A DNA stretch of 61,822 nt, taken from positions 1 to 61,822 of the IMG/VR virus record IMGVR_UViG_3300036832_000756; one strand, written 5' to 3'. This document shows positions 1-8,779 of the stretch, piece after piece. The DNA comes from a virus. Its lineage: Duplodnaviria > Caudoviricetes. The notes below the pieces were generated by a model, which was not told the DNA's origin, ran no database searches, and saw only the letters and a program-made list of their open reading frames with translations. Position 1 is the first letter of the stretch. The number at the start of each line of letters is the position of its first letter. Position numbers and translations under genes: made by a program.

Positions 1-2757
1 CGGTGGCGGATCGAGCCGTCTGTACCCCCGTGGTGGTCGGTGCATACGCATAGCAGGTACTCGGTCAACGACGCCATGCCCACCGTGGCTGCGATCGTGG
101 ACAAGGTGGCCGCGCTCGGTCAGCCCGCGGTGGCGATCACCGACCACGGCAACATGGCCGCGAGCGTGGAGCTGTACCAGGCCTGCAGGAAGGCCGGGAT
201 CACCCCGTTCCCGGGCAGCGAGATGTACTTCGTGCCCGACACCATGGCCTACCGCGCCGACCGGGCGAGCAAGACGGTCAAGGCGACCATGTACCACCTG
301 GGCGTGGTGGCTTACACCACCCAGGGCTACGAGAACCTGGTCAACCTGTCCACCCTGAGCCACCGCAACCACCACTGGAAGCCGCTGATCGACTACCAGA
401 TCCTGGCCCAGCTGGCCCAGGACGGCCGACTGGCGGGACTGGCGGTGAGCACCGGGTGTTTCTACGGCTACCTGGCCCAGACCTTGCTGCATGATGGTCA
501 GGAGAAGGCTGAGCAGTTCCTGCACACCCTGGCCTCCTGGTTCCCGGGCTCGGTGTACGTGGAGATCCAGAACCACAACATCACCCATGACGAGGGCACC
601 GATGACGACCAACTGGCGGACGGGCTGGTGGTACTGGCTGACCGAGTTGGCCTTCCCGTGGTCATCACTCAGGACTCCCACTACCTTGAGCCGGCCGACC
701 GCGCCGACCACGACGGCCTCAAGCGCCTGGTCGCCTTCGGACCGGACCCCGACGACGCCGTTTTCCCCGGTGATGGGTTCCACCTGGCAGACGCCCGATG
801 GATTGCAGATCGTCACGGTGAACGTCGGCTTGCGCGAGGAATGGAAGGACTGGGAGATCTCCTCGGCCGTCACACACTCACGATCCCTGTCCTTGACTCT
901 TACTCGTACTCGGTCCCCGAGGTCGTAGCCAGTCCGTTCACGGCCATGACCGGGCGCACCCAGGCAGCCCTGGAGGGGATGTTCGCACCCCGGAAGGTGC
1001 CCCCGCGGTACCAGCGGCAGCTGGACGAGGAGCACGAGGTGATCAGTGCCTCCGGGATGGCGGGCTACCTGATGATGGTGGCCCAGGTCACCGACTGGCT
1101 GAGATCGCACGACGTGATGTTCCAGACCCGTGGATCCGCGGCCGGATCTATGGTGTGCTGGCTCCTGGGGATCAGCAACGTCGATCCGATCCGGTGGGGC
1201 CTGAGGTTCGAGAGGTTCCTCTCGAAGGACCGCACCAAGCCGCCAGACGTGGACCTGGACGTGGCCCACGACCGACGTGACGAGCTCCTCGAGATGCTCA
1301 ACCTCAGGTTCACCGCTCATCAGATCGGGTCGTGGGCCACTTACTCGCTGAACGACACCGAGGACGAGTTCGGCGAGACCCAGCGAGGGTCGTTGCGGGT
1401 CCGCTACTTCACCGCTGCTGGCAAGAAGGACGAGGGAGCCACGTCCTGGGACGAGGTTCCACTCGCCGATAGAGCCATGCTCTCCTCCTTGAGTGCCCGG
1501 CATCTGTACAAGGGCATGGGCACGAATGCCGCGGGCATCGTGTTGACCAGTACCCAGAATGAGTTCGACCGACTCGTGCCCATGGCCTGGATGCGGCGCG
1601 AGGGTAGCACCGGCGCTTTCGTCACGCAGTACTCCAAGGATCAGATCGAGGCCCTCGGCCTGGTCAAGCTGGACGCCCTGGGCTTGAAGACGATGACAGT
1701 CCTGGATCGTACGATGCGGCTGCTGGGCCTGCCAACGGCCCGGCTGGCCGACATCGAGTTCAAGGACGCGCCCACCTACCAGCTGGTCCGCTCGGGCAAC
1801 ACCGAGGGCATCTTCCAGCTCGAGGGCCGCTCCACCATGTGGGGGCTGCGGGACCTGAAGCCGACCACGATCAAGGACGTGATCGCGGCCATGGCGCTGT
1901 TCCGCCCGGCCACCATGAACACCGGTGCCACCCGGGCGTTCATCGCCCGCAAGCACCACCTGGCCGCGCTACCGGCCCGACACGCACTGATCACCGGCGT
2001 CACCAAGGACACGCACGGGATCATGCTCTACCAGGAGCAGGTGATCGACCTGCTCCGCTCCCTGGGCATGGGTGCCGACGACCTGACCGCGTTCCTGAAG
2101 GCGGTCAAGGCCAGCAACAAGGACATCGGCTCGGCGGGCGACGTGATCGAGACCTACCAGGCTTGGATCGCCGACCGGTGTGAGAGCGAGGGGATGAGCC
2201 GTGCCGACCAGGAGTACCTCCACGATGCGATCGCTGGCTTTGCGGAGTACGGATTCAACCGTGCTCACGCCACGGTCTATGGCATTACTGCGTACCGGTG
2301 CGCGTATCTGGCTGCGCGCCATCCTCTGGAGTTCCACACGGCCCTGCTGGGCGTGGCGTCGGGCGGTGAGTCGAAGAAGGAGAACAAGTACCTCCGGGCC
2401 ACCCGTCGCCGTGGCATCCGTGTCCTGGCTCCCGACATCAACATCTCCGGTGCCTCCTACACCCTGGATCAGTCCAGCGGTGCTGTCCGACGAGGACTTC
2501 AGTCGATTGATGGAGTCGGTGCGGTCAGCGCCGAGAAGCTGTCCGCGCTGCAGCCCTTCGACGGACTAGACGACCTGGTGGCCAAGGCCGCGGCGCACGC
2601 GATCTCGGGCCACAAGGAGTACGACGGCAGCCCGGACTCACTGACCGGGATCCTGGGGAAGATCTATGCCTCGGGTGCCATGACCACCCTCATCCATGGA
2701 AGGAGCAACGATGTCTCGATGCGAGGCGATGGTGTCGATAGCCACCAGTCCGAGTAG
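1..2757 (+). CDS. dnaE: DNA polymerase III alpha subunit (DnaE-like), probably 5'-truncated by the window edge
   Basis: PHP motifs HTHSRYS, AITDHG, TQDSHY; RGSAAGS; catalytic PDVDLD; KLDALGL; YGFNRAH. Frame is open from base 1 (ORF track starts at GTG 40). Confidence 0.93.
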   Translation, partial: RWRIEPSVPPWWSVHTHSRYSVNDAMPTVAAIVDKVAALGQPAVAITDHGNMAASVELYQACRKAGITPFPGSEMYFVPDTMAYRADRASKTVKATMYHLGVVAYTTQGYENLVNLSTLSHRNHHWKPLIDYQILAQLAQDGRLAGLAVSTGCFYGYLAQTLLHDGQEKAEQFLHTLASWFPGSVYVEIQNHNITHDEGTDDDQLADGLVVLADRVGLPVVITQDSHYLEPADRADHDGLKRLVAFGPDPDDAVFPGDGFHLADARWIADRHGERRLARGMEGLGDLLGRHTLTIPVLDSYSYSVPEVVASPFTAMTGRTQAALEGMFAPRKVPPRYQRQLDEEHEVISASGMAGYLMMVAQVTDWLRSHDVMFQTRGSAAGSMVCWLLGISNVDPIRWGLRFERFLSKDRTKPPDVDLDVAHDRRDELLEMLNLRFTAHQIGSWATYSLNDTEDEFGETQRGSLRVRYFTAAGKKDEGATSWDEVPLADRAMLSSLSARHLYKGMGTNAAGIVLTSTQNEFDRLVPMAWMRREGSTGAFVTQYSKDQIEALGLVKLDALGLKTMTVLDRTMRLLGLPTARLADIEFKDAPTYQLVRSGNTEGIFQLEGRSTMWGLRDLKPTTIKDVIAAMALFRPATMNTGATRAFIARKHHLAALPARHALITGVTKDTHGIMLYQEQVIDLLRSLGMGADDLTAFLKAVKASNKDIGSAGDVIETYQAWIADRCESEGMSRADQEYLHDAIAGFAEYGFNRAHATVYGITAYRCAYLAARHPLEFHTALLGVASGGESKKENKYLRATRRRGIRVLAPDINISGASYTLDQSSGAVRRGLQSIDGVGAVSAEKLSALQPFDGLDDLVAKAAAHAISGHKEYDGSPDSLTGILGKIYASGAMTTLIHGRSNDVSMRGDGVDSHQSE

Positions 2758-3046
2758 CCCCCGGGTCCAGTTCGTGATGTGCGGACAGGAGCCGGCCGAC
2801 CTGCATCACAAGCTGACCCGGGCCCGAGGCGGGATCCTGCTCGACATCGCCGGGGAGAGCTACCACCAGCTCTACCTGTGCCGCGAGCACCACGACATGG
2901 CCCACGACGAGGGCAGCGCGTTCGAGCGCGGCCTGCTGATCCACGGCCAGGTGATCACCGGACCCGACGGCAGGCCGCTGTACCACGGCCCCGACGAGTA
3001 CCTGACCGAGCACTACGGGCCCGAGTCGGGGGACCGGAAGCCATGA
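2711..3046 (+). CDS. HNH-like small nuclease/zinc-binding protein
   Basis: C...C..DLHHKLTRARGG...LYLCREHHDMAH pattern; AGGAG RBS before ATG 2711. Confidence 0.6.
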   Translation: MSRCEAMVSIATSPSSPRVQFVMCGQEPADLHHKLTRARGGILLDIAGESYHQLYLCREHHDMAHDEGSAFERGLLIHGQVITGPDGRPLYHGPDEYLTEHYGPESGDRKP

Positions 3047-3246
3047 CCCCGTACGAGCACCTCAAGCAGGCCGAGGCGCTGCTCGGAGCAGCCGATGTGG
3101 CGGTTTCAGAGATCGAGCGGCTGGGGGCCACCCCCGAGGCCCTCAAGCTCCTGACGATCATGGTGGCCACCGCCCAGGCCCACGCCCAGGTGGCCACCGC
3201 GATGAGGACCCAGGTGATCGACCATCGGCGGCCGATCCAGCCCTAG
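3043..3246 (+). CDS. hypothetical protein (67 aa)
   Basis: ATGA overlap with previous stop; MTPYEHLKQAEALL...; high GC3. Confidence 0.7.
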   Translation: MTPYEHLKQAEALLGAADVAVSEIERLGATPEALKLLTIMVATAQAHAQVATAMRTQVIDHRRPIQP

Positions 3247-3277
3247 TCGTACACACGTTCGTCGTACTAGTGTTCGA
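3247..3277. promoter_or_regulatory. two tandem LexA (SOS)-box-like operators
   Basis: TCGTAC-ACAC-GTTCGT (3247-3262) and TCGTAC-TAGT-GTTCGA (3262-3277) versus actinobacterial consensus TCGAAC-N4-GTTCGA; they fill the gap before the Cas4-like gene. Confidence 0.6.
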
Positions 3278-3285
3278 TGTAGGAG

Positions 3286-4047
3286 ATGCCCATGAAGTTC
3301 TCGGAGACCCTCAAGCACACCGGTCCCGACCTGGTGGTCAGCCAGCGCCACGATGCCTGGCTGCTGGCCAACGACCACCCGGTCTACAGCGAGGAGGCGA
3401 TCTCGTTCGCCACCGCGATGCTGACCAGCGTGGACCGCAATCGGGTCGGCACCCTGAGTGCCAGCTCGCTGGGGGAGTGTGCCCGCTACCAGCAGTTCGT
3501 GTACCTGGGCATGCCCAAGATCCCGCCGGACCAGAAGGGCGCGATGAAGATGGCCAACGGGGCCTTCATGCACCTGCGCTGGCAGATGGCCGGGCTCACC
3601 GAGGGCTGGCTTCCCCAGGCCGAGGTGTGGGTGAGCAGTGCCGAGCACCAGCTGGTCGGGACCATGGACGGGATCTGCTACGACGACTCCATCCTGGAGC
3701 TGAAGTCGATCAACATGAACGGATTCAGTCGTGTGCAGACCTTCGGACCACTGATTCCGCACCTGTTCCAGATGGCTACCTACATGCTGTGCACCGGTCG
3801 GGAGCAGGGTCGGTTCGTCTACGAGTGCAAGGACAACCAGGAGTACCTGGAGGTCCCGATCACCGCCGACCAGCTGCCCATGAGCGAGGCCGAGGACAAG
3901 GCCGAGGCACTGGTGGCCGCCAACGCCGACCACCGGCTGTTCGAGCCGCTGGGCAAGTGCATCGACCGGACCGGCTGGGTCTACACCTCGTGCCCGTTCC
4001 GGGACCGGTGCCTGCACATCCAGACCTGGGAGGAGGCGGCTGCGTGA
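3286..4047 (+). CDS. Cas4-family / PD-(D/E)XK exonuclease
   Basis: SASSLGECAR, G..MH, GTMDG...ELKS, HLFQMATYM, C-terminal C-x10-CPFRDRC. Start may be ATG 3292. Confidence 0.85.
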   Translation: MPMKFSETLKHTGPDLVVSQRHDAWLLANDHPVYSEEAISFATAMLTSVDRNRVGTLSASSLGECARYQQFVYLGMPKIPPDQKGAMKMANGAFMHLRWQMAGLTEGWLPQAEVWVSSAEHQLVGTMDGICYDDSILELKSINMNGFSRVQTFGPLIPHLFQMATYMLCTGREQGRFVYECKDNQEYLEVPITADQLPMSEAEDKAEALVAANADHRLFEPLGKCIDRTGWVYTSCPFRDRCLHIQTWEEAAA

Positions 4048-4199
4048 AGCAGCAGACCCGGCTGTGCCCCGTGCATCTCGATGCCGTGGCCGGCGACCTC
4101 GATGAGTTCATCGACTGGGAGATCGGTAGTGAGCTGGAGATCACCGTCACCACTCCCGAGGACTGCGACATCTGCGCCGACCTAGAGGTCGGGACGTGA
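4044..4199 (+). CDS. small hypothetical protein (CPVH...CDIC, possible Zn binding)
   Basis: GTGA overlap, GGAGG RBS, coupled to next gene. Confidence 0.6.
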   Translation: MKQQTRLCPVHLDAVAGDLDEFIDWEIGSELEITVTTPEDCDICADLEVGT

Positions 4200-4621
4200 A
4201 GGTGATCCCCGGCCAGGTCAAGGCACCCAACACAAACCGGAGCGTCCGGTACTCCCGCCGGCTGCTCGAGGTGGAGGTGCTGGAGGGCCTGGGCACGCCG
4301 GAGGAGCTGCATGACGAGCTCCTGGGCTACGCCAACGTGATCCTGGGCCGGGCCGACCCGCCCAACGAGATGGACTCGATCATGGACCTGATGGAGATCG
4401 CGGCTGCCTACTACGGGCGCGCGAAGGAGATCGACATGCTGATCCACTGGGAGGAGCAGAACCGGAGGGTGATCCGGGGCAGCCCCTACAACAAGTTCCG
4501 CACCGGCCAGCTGAGGAGCTTCATCGAGATGGCCAAGATGATGGCCGACCTGGGCTCGCGGAGGCTGACCGCCGAGCGGCTGCTCTACGACGCCCGCTAC
4601 GACGCCGGGAACGGGTCATGA
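4196..4621 (+). CDS. hypothetical protein
   Basis: 141-aa ORF, 4-bp overlaps on both sides, phage-like codon use. Confidence 0.75.
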   Translation: MKVIPGQVKAPNTNRSVRYSRRLLEVEVLEGLGTPEELHDELLGYANVILGRADPPNEMDSIMDLMEIAAAYYGRAKEIDMLIHWEEQNRRVIRGSPYNKFRTGQLRSFIEMAKMMADLGSRRLTAERLLYDARYDAGNGS

Positions 4622-4812
4622 GAGCCACCCCGGAGCCCGGTGAGACCCAGTACGAGGCCGACTACCGCCAAGAGATTCGCGAGCTGGCAGAGGAGCTGCT
4701 GATGCGCCGTCGCCAGGTGAGCCGGGTGCTGCTGCTGTGCGCGCGGTGGGACCAGCTCTCCAAGGGCGAGTCACCCACCACCCAACAGATTCGGGAGGCG
4801 TTGCACGAGTGA
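4618..4812 (+). CDS. hypothetical protein
   Basis: 64-aa ORF, ATGA overlap. Confidence 0.65.
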   Translation: MRATPEPGETQYEADYRQEIRELAEELLMRRRQVSRVLLLCARWDQLSKGESPTTQQIREALHE

Positions 4813-4973
4813 TCTGGGAGATCTGGATGCACCACTCCGAGAAGCAGATCTGGGTGCAGGTCACCAAGGGCAGCCTCGAGGAGTGCCTCGATGACCTGTT
4901 CGAGTGGCGGCTGCACTCGGCCTCATACCCCAAGTACGACTCGGTTCGGCTGGAGGTGACCCGCCCTGCCTGA
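4809..4973 (+). CDS. hypothetical protein
   Basis: GTGA overlap with GGAGG RBS; VIWEIWMHHSEKQ... Confidence 0.6.
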   Translation: MIWEIWMHHSEKQIWVQVTKGSLEECLDDLFEWRLHSASYPKYDSVRLEVTRPA

Positions 4974-4989
4974 GAAGATCCCGCCCGAG

Positions 4990-5193
4990 GTGGTCCAGGT
5001 GGCCCTGGAGAGAGCCGCCTGGGACAAGCGCCGGGCGGCCAGCGACTACCGGGCCGCGGTGCTGATGGCGCGGGGACAGGGCTGGGCCTACACCGACATC
5101 GCGCGGGTGGTGGGAGTGACCGAGGGAGCCATCCGGCTCTACATCAAGCGCGGCGGACCGAAGCCGATGAAGCGTGCCGAGAGGCGTGGATAG
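4990..5193 (+). CDS. helix-turn-helix DNA-binding protein
   Basis: ARGQGWAYTDIARVVGVTEGAIRLYI HTH; true start may be CTG 4966. Confidence 0.8.
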   Translation: MVQVALERAAWDKRRAASDYRAAVLMARGQGWAYTDIARVVGVTEGAIRLYIKRGGPKPMKRAERRG

Positions 5194-5940
5194 GTGGTTA
5201 CTGTGGTTGACATAACGTTGGACGCGATGCACTGTTCGATGCAGTTCACCGACTCGTCCCAGCACAAGCGCGATGACGCCGAGGCCATCTTCAAACGGGC
5301 TGCCCAGCGCGGTACGGACTGGGTGAGCGGCACCGAGGCGGCCCAGGGTGTGTCCTCTGACCTGCGCAGATACCTGGCTGCGTCGGCCAAGAAGTACGGC
5401 TACCGGCTGCACCTGGGGGGCACGGTCTGGGTGGCGGTGGCCAACAGCTTCTTCACCAGCTACCAGGGTGGGTTCATCCCGGTGATCGCGGCCAACGAGG
5501 GCCCGAGCAGGCACAACCCACGCGGGATCGCCTGGGTGCGGGTCGGGAGCAAGGTCGGGACCGTGAACATCGCAGCGGCCCACTACCTGACCAAGGGCAG
5601 CCAGCCGGGACAGCCCAACTACCTGCTGAACGGCCGGTTGACCCGGGCCATCGGGGACTGGGGCCGGCGGGTGGGGAAGGGCCGCGCCCTGGCCTTCATC
5701 TCCGCCGACACCAACACCGCGGACCGGACCAACGACGTGTTCCGGGGCCAGCCCTTCACCACGCTGGCCGATGAGCTCAAGCAGTGGAAGGACACCGGGC
5801 ACGGCGCGATCGACGTGATCGCCTCCTACAACGCCGACACCAGGGTCAAGGCCAAGTACTGGCGACCCCTGCCCGACAGCGAGTTCCGGCTCAACACCGA
5901 CCACTTCGCCTGCGAGGGCGGGTTCACGGTGCGACCCTGA
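5194..5940 (+). CDS. endonuclease/exonuclease/phosphatase (EEP, DNase I-like) protein 1
   Basis: GTE, AAAH, SADTN, AIDVI and TDH motifs in EEP order. Confidence 0.7.
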   Translation: MVTVVDITLDAMHCSMQFTDSSQHKRDDAEAIFKRAAQRGTDWVSGTEAAQGVSSDLRRYLAASAKKYGYRLHLGGTVWVAVANSFFTSYQGGFIPVIAANEGPSRHNPRGIAWVRVGSKVGTVNIAAAHYLTKGSQPGQPNYLLNGRLTRAIGDWGRRVGKGRALAFISADTNTADRTNDVFRGQPFTTLADELKQWKDTGHGAIDVIASYNADTRVKAKYWRPLPDSEFRLNTDHFACEGGFTVRP

Positions 5941-5975
5941 GGGCGGGGTACGAGGGGACAGGAAGGGAGTGAGCC

Positions 5976-6068
5976 ATGAACACCAAGACCCTGGAGTGGA
6001 TCATCCTGGTGCTGCAGATCGTGATCCTGCTGCTGTTGATCTTCCCGTACGCGCGCAGGCGGCCGTAG
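5976..6068 (+). CDS. small membrane peptide (30 aa)
   Basis: MNTKTLEWIILVLQIVILLLLIFPYARRRP; GGAAGGGAG RBS; one TM helix plus basic tail. Confidence 0.65.
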   Translation: MNTKTLEWIILVLQIVILLLLIFPYARRRP

Positions 6069-6085
6069 GACAGGTAGGCACACAG

Positions 6086-6154
6086 GTGGTACCACTCGGT
6101 GGTACCACTACCTCCATGTGGTACCAGGTACCACATCTGCTATAGGTTGGTCTC
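6086..6154 (+). promoter_or_regulatory. operator array (four GGTACC-core palindromes) and leaderless promoter of the RHH gene
   Basis: GTGGTACCAC at 6086-6095 and 6099-6108; ATGTGGTACC-A-GGTACCACAT at 6116-6136; -10 TAGGTT at 6143-6148, 6 nt before ATG 6155. Confidence 0.75.
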
Positions 6155-6397
6155 ATGACTGACCGAACCCAGATCAACCTGCGTATCGACACTCCGCTGC
6201 TGACCGAGATCGATCGGCGGATCGAGGTGGTGAATGCCCGGAAGAAGCGGGACGGGGAGCAGGCCATCTCTCGCAATGACTGGTTCAGCCACATGGCGAA
6301 GTGGACCGTCACCCAGCTCCCACACCAGGCAGTGCGGTCCGACCTGATCAAGGCCTGGCCGAACCTGCCCGAGGAGGCCTTGGGAATCGAGCCGTGA
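6155..6397 (+). CDS. ribbon-helix-helix (Arc/CopG-like) regulator
   Basis: TQINLRID strand, helix LLTEIDRR, and SRNDWF second helix. Confidence 0.75.
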   Translation: MTDRTQINLRIDTPLLTEIDRRIEVVNARKKRDGEQAISRNDWFSHMAKWTVTQLPHQAVRSDLIKAWPNLPEEALGIEP

Positions 6398-6858
6398 ACA
6401 TCCGGGGCAAGAACGGGATCTGGTACAACGTGCCCGACCACGTGTTCGGGGATCGGGATGGCAGGACGTTCGTCCGGGGCCTGGACCGGCAGTCGCTGGA
6501 CACCGAGGCCGGGCTCACCTGGATCTTCATGACCACCCATGAGTGGGTGACCCCGCAGGAGGTGGCCGAGGGGATCGGGTGGGATGCCTGGGACCATGGC
6601 AGTGTCACGGCTCGGATCCGGGACCTGCGCAAGCTGCAGTTCGGCAGCTACACCGTGCTCCGCCGGCGGCGGGAGATGCCACACACCAAGCGCCTGCACG
6701 AGTACCGTCTGATGGACCCGGTGGAGGGGGTGAACGAGATATGGCCGGACACCCGACCTTCCGGCACACCCACTGCTCGAGCCGCTACGACCGAAGTGCC
6801 CAGTCCCTCGAGACCGACCTCGACACGTGGATGGCGGATAGCTCCCTCATCACCCTGA
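6394..6858 (+). CDS. putative winged-helix DNA-binding protein
   Basis: WVTPQEVAEGIG...SVTARIRDLRK...EYRL; GTGA overlap; last ~118 nt overlap the next gene. Confidence 0.65.
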   Translation: MNIRGKNGIWYNVPDHVFGDRDGRTFVRGLDRQSLDTEAGLTWIFMTTHEWVTPQEVAEGIGWDAWDHGSVTARIRDLRKLQFGSYTVLRRRREMPHTKRLHEYRLMDPVEGVNEIWPDTRPSGTPTARAATTEVPSPSRPTSTRGWRIAPSSP

Positions 6859-7694
6859 CCGAGATCACCAACAACAACCGCGCGGCCCGGATGGCCGAGC
6901 AGGGCTGGCGCTACTTCAACGCCCGTGACGACGTGGGCAACGACGCCGACAACTGCGGGATCTGCTGGAAGACCGAGGTCTGGCACCGCAAGGACGCCTG
7001 GATCCGCAAGCTGAGCGCCCGACGCTGGATCCGGATCCAGACCCAGCGCCCGGGCCCGCCGCTCTGGTCGTGCAACGTGGTGCTCAAGCACGTGCTCAGC
7101 GACCGCACCCTGCTGGTCAGCCTGAGCCATCTGCCGCCCGCGGTGCAGGGCTACTGGCGCAACCCCGGCCCGGAGCAGTTCCGGGCCCGCAAGGAGGCCT
7201 ACACCGACGCCATGCACCAGTGGAAGAACGGCGTGATCCAGGCCGAGCGCAAGTGGCAGCCGGACGGGGTGCTGGTGGTGGCCGACTGGAACCTGGACCT
7301 CAAGGAGGACTGGGTGCGCGAGTACCTGGACGGGCTGTGGAAGGAGTGCGGGCTGATCCGGGCCTGGACCAACTTCGGCACCGCCGGCAGCTCGCTGGGC
7401 GGGAACCGGCAGATCGACGGCTCCTACTACGGCGGGATGACCAAGGCCATCGAGCCCTTCCTGATGCCCCGGGTGGCCAGCTCGGACCACCGTCCCTACA
7501 AGGAGTCCTTCACGATCATGGGCGGCATGGACATCGCCAAGCCCGGTGCCCAGGACCCCTCCGAGGGCCAGACCAGCCCTGGCAAGCCCTGGTGGGGCTT
7601 CGGGGACTACCAGTACGACGAGATGTTCGAGAAGGTCACCGTGACCGACGAGGGCACCGTGGTGACCTTCGACTTCGACTCGCCACCGTACTGA
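6741..7694 (+). CDS. EEP-family protein 2
   Basis: ITLTE, CGICWK, SHLP, VADWN, QID, SDH motifs; GGAGGGGG RBS. Confidence 0.75.
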   Translation: MAGHPTFRHTHCSSRYDRSAQSLETDLDTWMADSSLITLTEITNNNRAARMAEQGWRYFNARDDVGNDADNCGICWKTEVWHRKDAWIRKLSARRWIRIQTQRPGPPLWSCNVVLKHVLSDRTLLVSLSHLPPAVQGYWRNPGPEQFRARKEAYTDAMHQWKNGVIQAERKWQPDGVLVVADWNLDLKEDWVREYLDGLWKECGLIRAWTNFGTAGSSLGGNRQIDGSYYGGMTKAIEPFLMPRVASSDHRPYKESFTIMGGMDIAKPGAQDPSEGQTSPGKPWWGFGDYQYDEMFEKVTVTDEGTVVTFDFDSPPY

Positions 7695-7711
7695 GGTGCG
7701 ATGATGGCCCC

Positions 7712-7789
7712 ATGAGTCCTGTGCTGTGGGTCATCGTGATCGTGCTGGTCGTCGTGCTGATCGCCGCGATGGCGCGTGGTCGCTTCTGA
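7712..7789 (+). CDS. small membrane peptide (25 aa)
   Basis: MSPVLWVIVIVLVVVLIAAMARGRF; leaderless -10 GATGAT at 7700; TGATG coupling to ruvC. Confidence 0.55.
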   Translation: MSPVLWVIVIVLVVVLIAAMARGRF

Positions 7790-8289
7790 TGAGGCTGCTG
7801 GGCATCGACCTGGGCATCCACAAGGTGGGAGTCGCGGTCCTCGGAGGTGAGCCCTTCGGCCTGCAGCACGCGGTCGCCTACGAGTCGGTGGCCACCGAGC
7901 GGGATGTCCAGCTGGCCGAGCTGATGGGCGCGGTGCACGGGATCGCGCTGCTGCACGAGGCGGACTCGGTGTGGGTCGAGGACGTGCTGGTGGGCAACAA
8001 CCACAAGTACTCCCTGGCGCTGGCCGAGACCAAGGGCGCGGTGCTCGCCGGCCTGGCCCAGCTGCGCCTGGCCAGGGGCACCGACGTGCGCACGGTGCCG
8101 GTGGGGACCTGGAAGCGCGAGGTGGTCGGGAGTGGGAACGCGACCAAGGAACGGGTGCAGAACTACATCCGTGAGACTCATCCTGCGTATGCTCCCCTGT
8201 GTGGCGACGACCAGGACCTCTATGACGCCTCCTGTGTCGGCCTCTACGGCCATCTCGTCCTCGAGCGCGCATCCCAGCTCACCCTCTAG
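7789..8289 (+). CDS. ruvC: RuvC-like Holliday junction resolvase
   Basis: LLGIDLG, VWVED, GNATKERV, DLYDA motifs. Confidence 0.88.
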   Translation: MRLLGIDLGIHKVGVAVLGGEPFGLQHAVAYESVATERDVQLAELMGAVHGIALLHEADSVWVEDVLVGNNHKYSLALAETKGAVLAGLAQLRLARGTDVRTVPVGTWKREVVGSGNATKERVQNYIRETHPAYAPLCGDDQDLYDASCVGLYGHLVLERASQLTL

Positions 8290-8779
8290 CTACCTGCTGG
8301 ACGAGTGGATCGAGGCCACCGGGCAGTCGGTGCCGGACTCCGACAGCCAGCGCTGGGTCTCCTACAACGTCGATGACCTCTACCCGGACTGGCAGGAACG
8401 GGCGCACTGTCGCGATGTCGGGGTGGGCTACTACTTCGGGGAGTCGATCCAACAGGTCCGCCGGGCCTCCAAGCTGTGCGATGTCTGCCCGGTCTTCTAC
8501 GAGTGCCTGATCCACGCCCTGACCGTGCGCGAGGGCTACGGGGTCTGGGCGGGCACCTCGGGGCGGATGCGCCGGCAGATCTTCAAGCTGATGGATACTG
8601 GGCAGACCACCGTCTCCGAGGTGGTGGAGGTGTTCCGCAATGGCGAAGGTGACCGATATCGAGTCCCAGGCAAAAGCCAAGGGCTCAGCAGCCAAGGGCT
8701 CAGCAGCCAAGGGCTCAGCGTCAAGGACCCCGGCCCGGCGTATCTCCCAGACCCCGGCCGTGCACTGGGAACGGGCTAG
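8222..8779 (+). CDS. whiB: WhiB-family transcription factor (start uncertain)
   Basis: WQERAHC...LCDVCPVFYEC...GVWAG four-Cys WhiB signature. Confidence 0.88.
   Translation: MTPPVSASTAISSSSAHPSSPSSYLLDEWIEATGQSVPDSDSQRWVSYNVDDLYPDWQERAHCRDVGVGYYFGESIQQVRRASKLCDVCPVFYECLIHALTVREGYGVWAGTSGRMRRQIFKLMDTGQTTVSEVVEVFRNGEGDRYRVPGKSQGLSSQGLSSQGLSVKDPGPAYLPDPGRALGTG

Noticed and set aside
780-2520. Patches of lower GC3 in dnaE suggesting an insertion or overprinted gene (e.g. ORF 491-928)
   Set aside because: The DnaE frame and motifs are continuous, and the overlapping ORFs lack RBS and recognisable content.
3286-4047. Cas4-like gene as evidence of CRISPR-Cas
   Set aside because: No cas1/cas2 or repeat-spacer array; solo Cas4 nucleases are common in actinophages.
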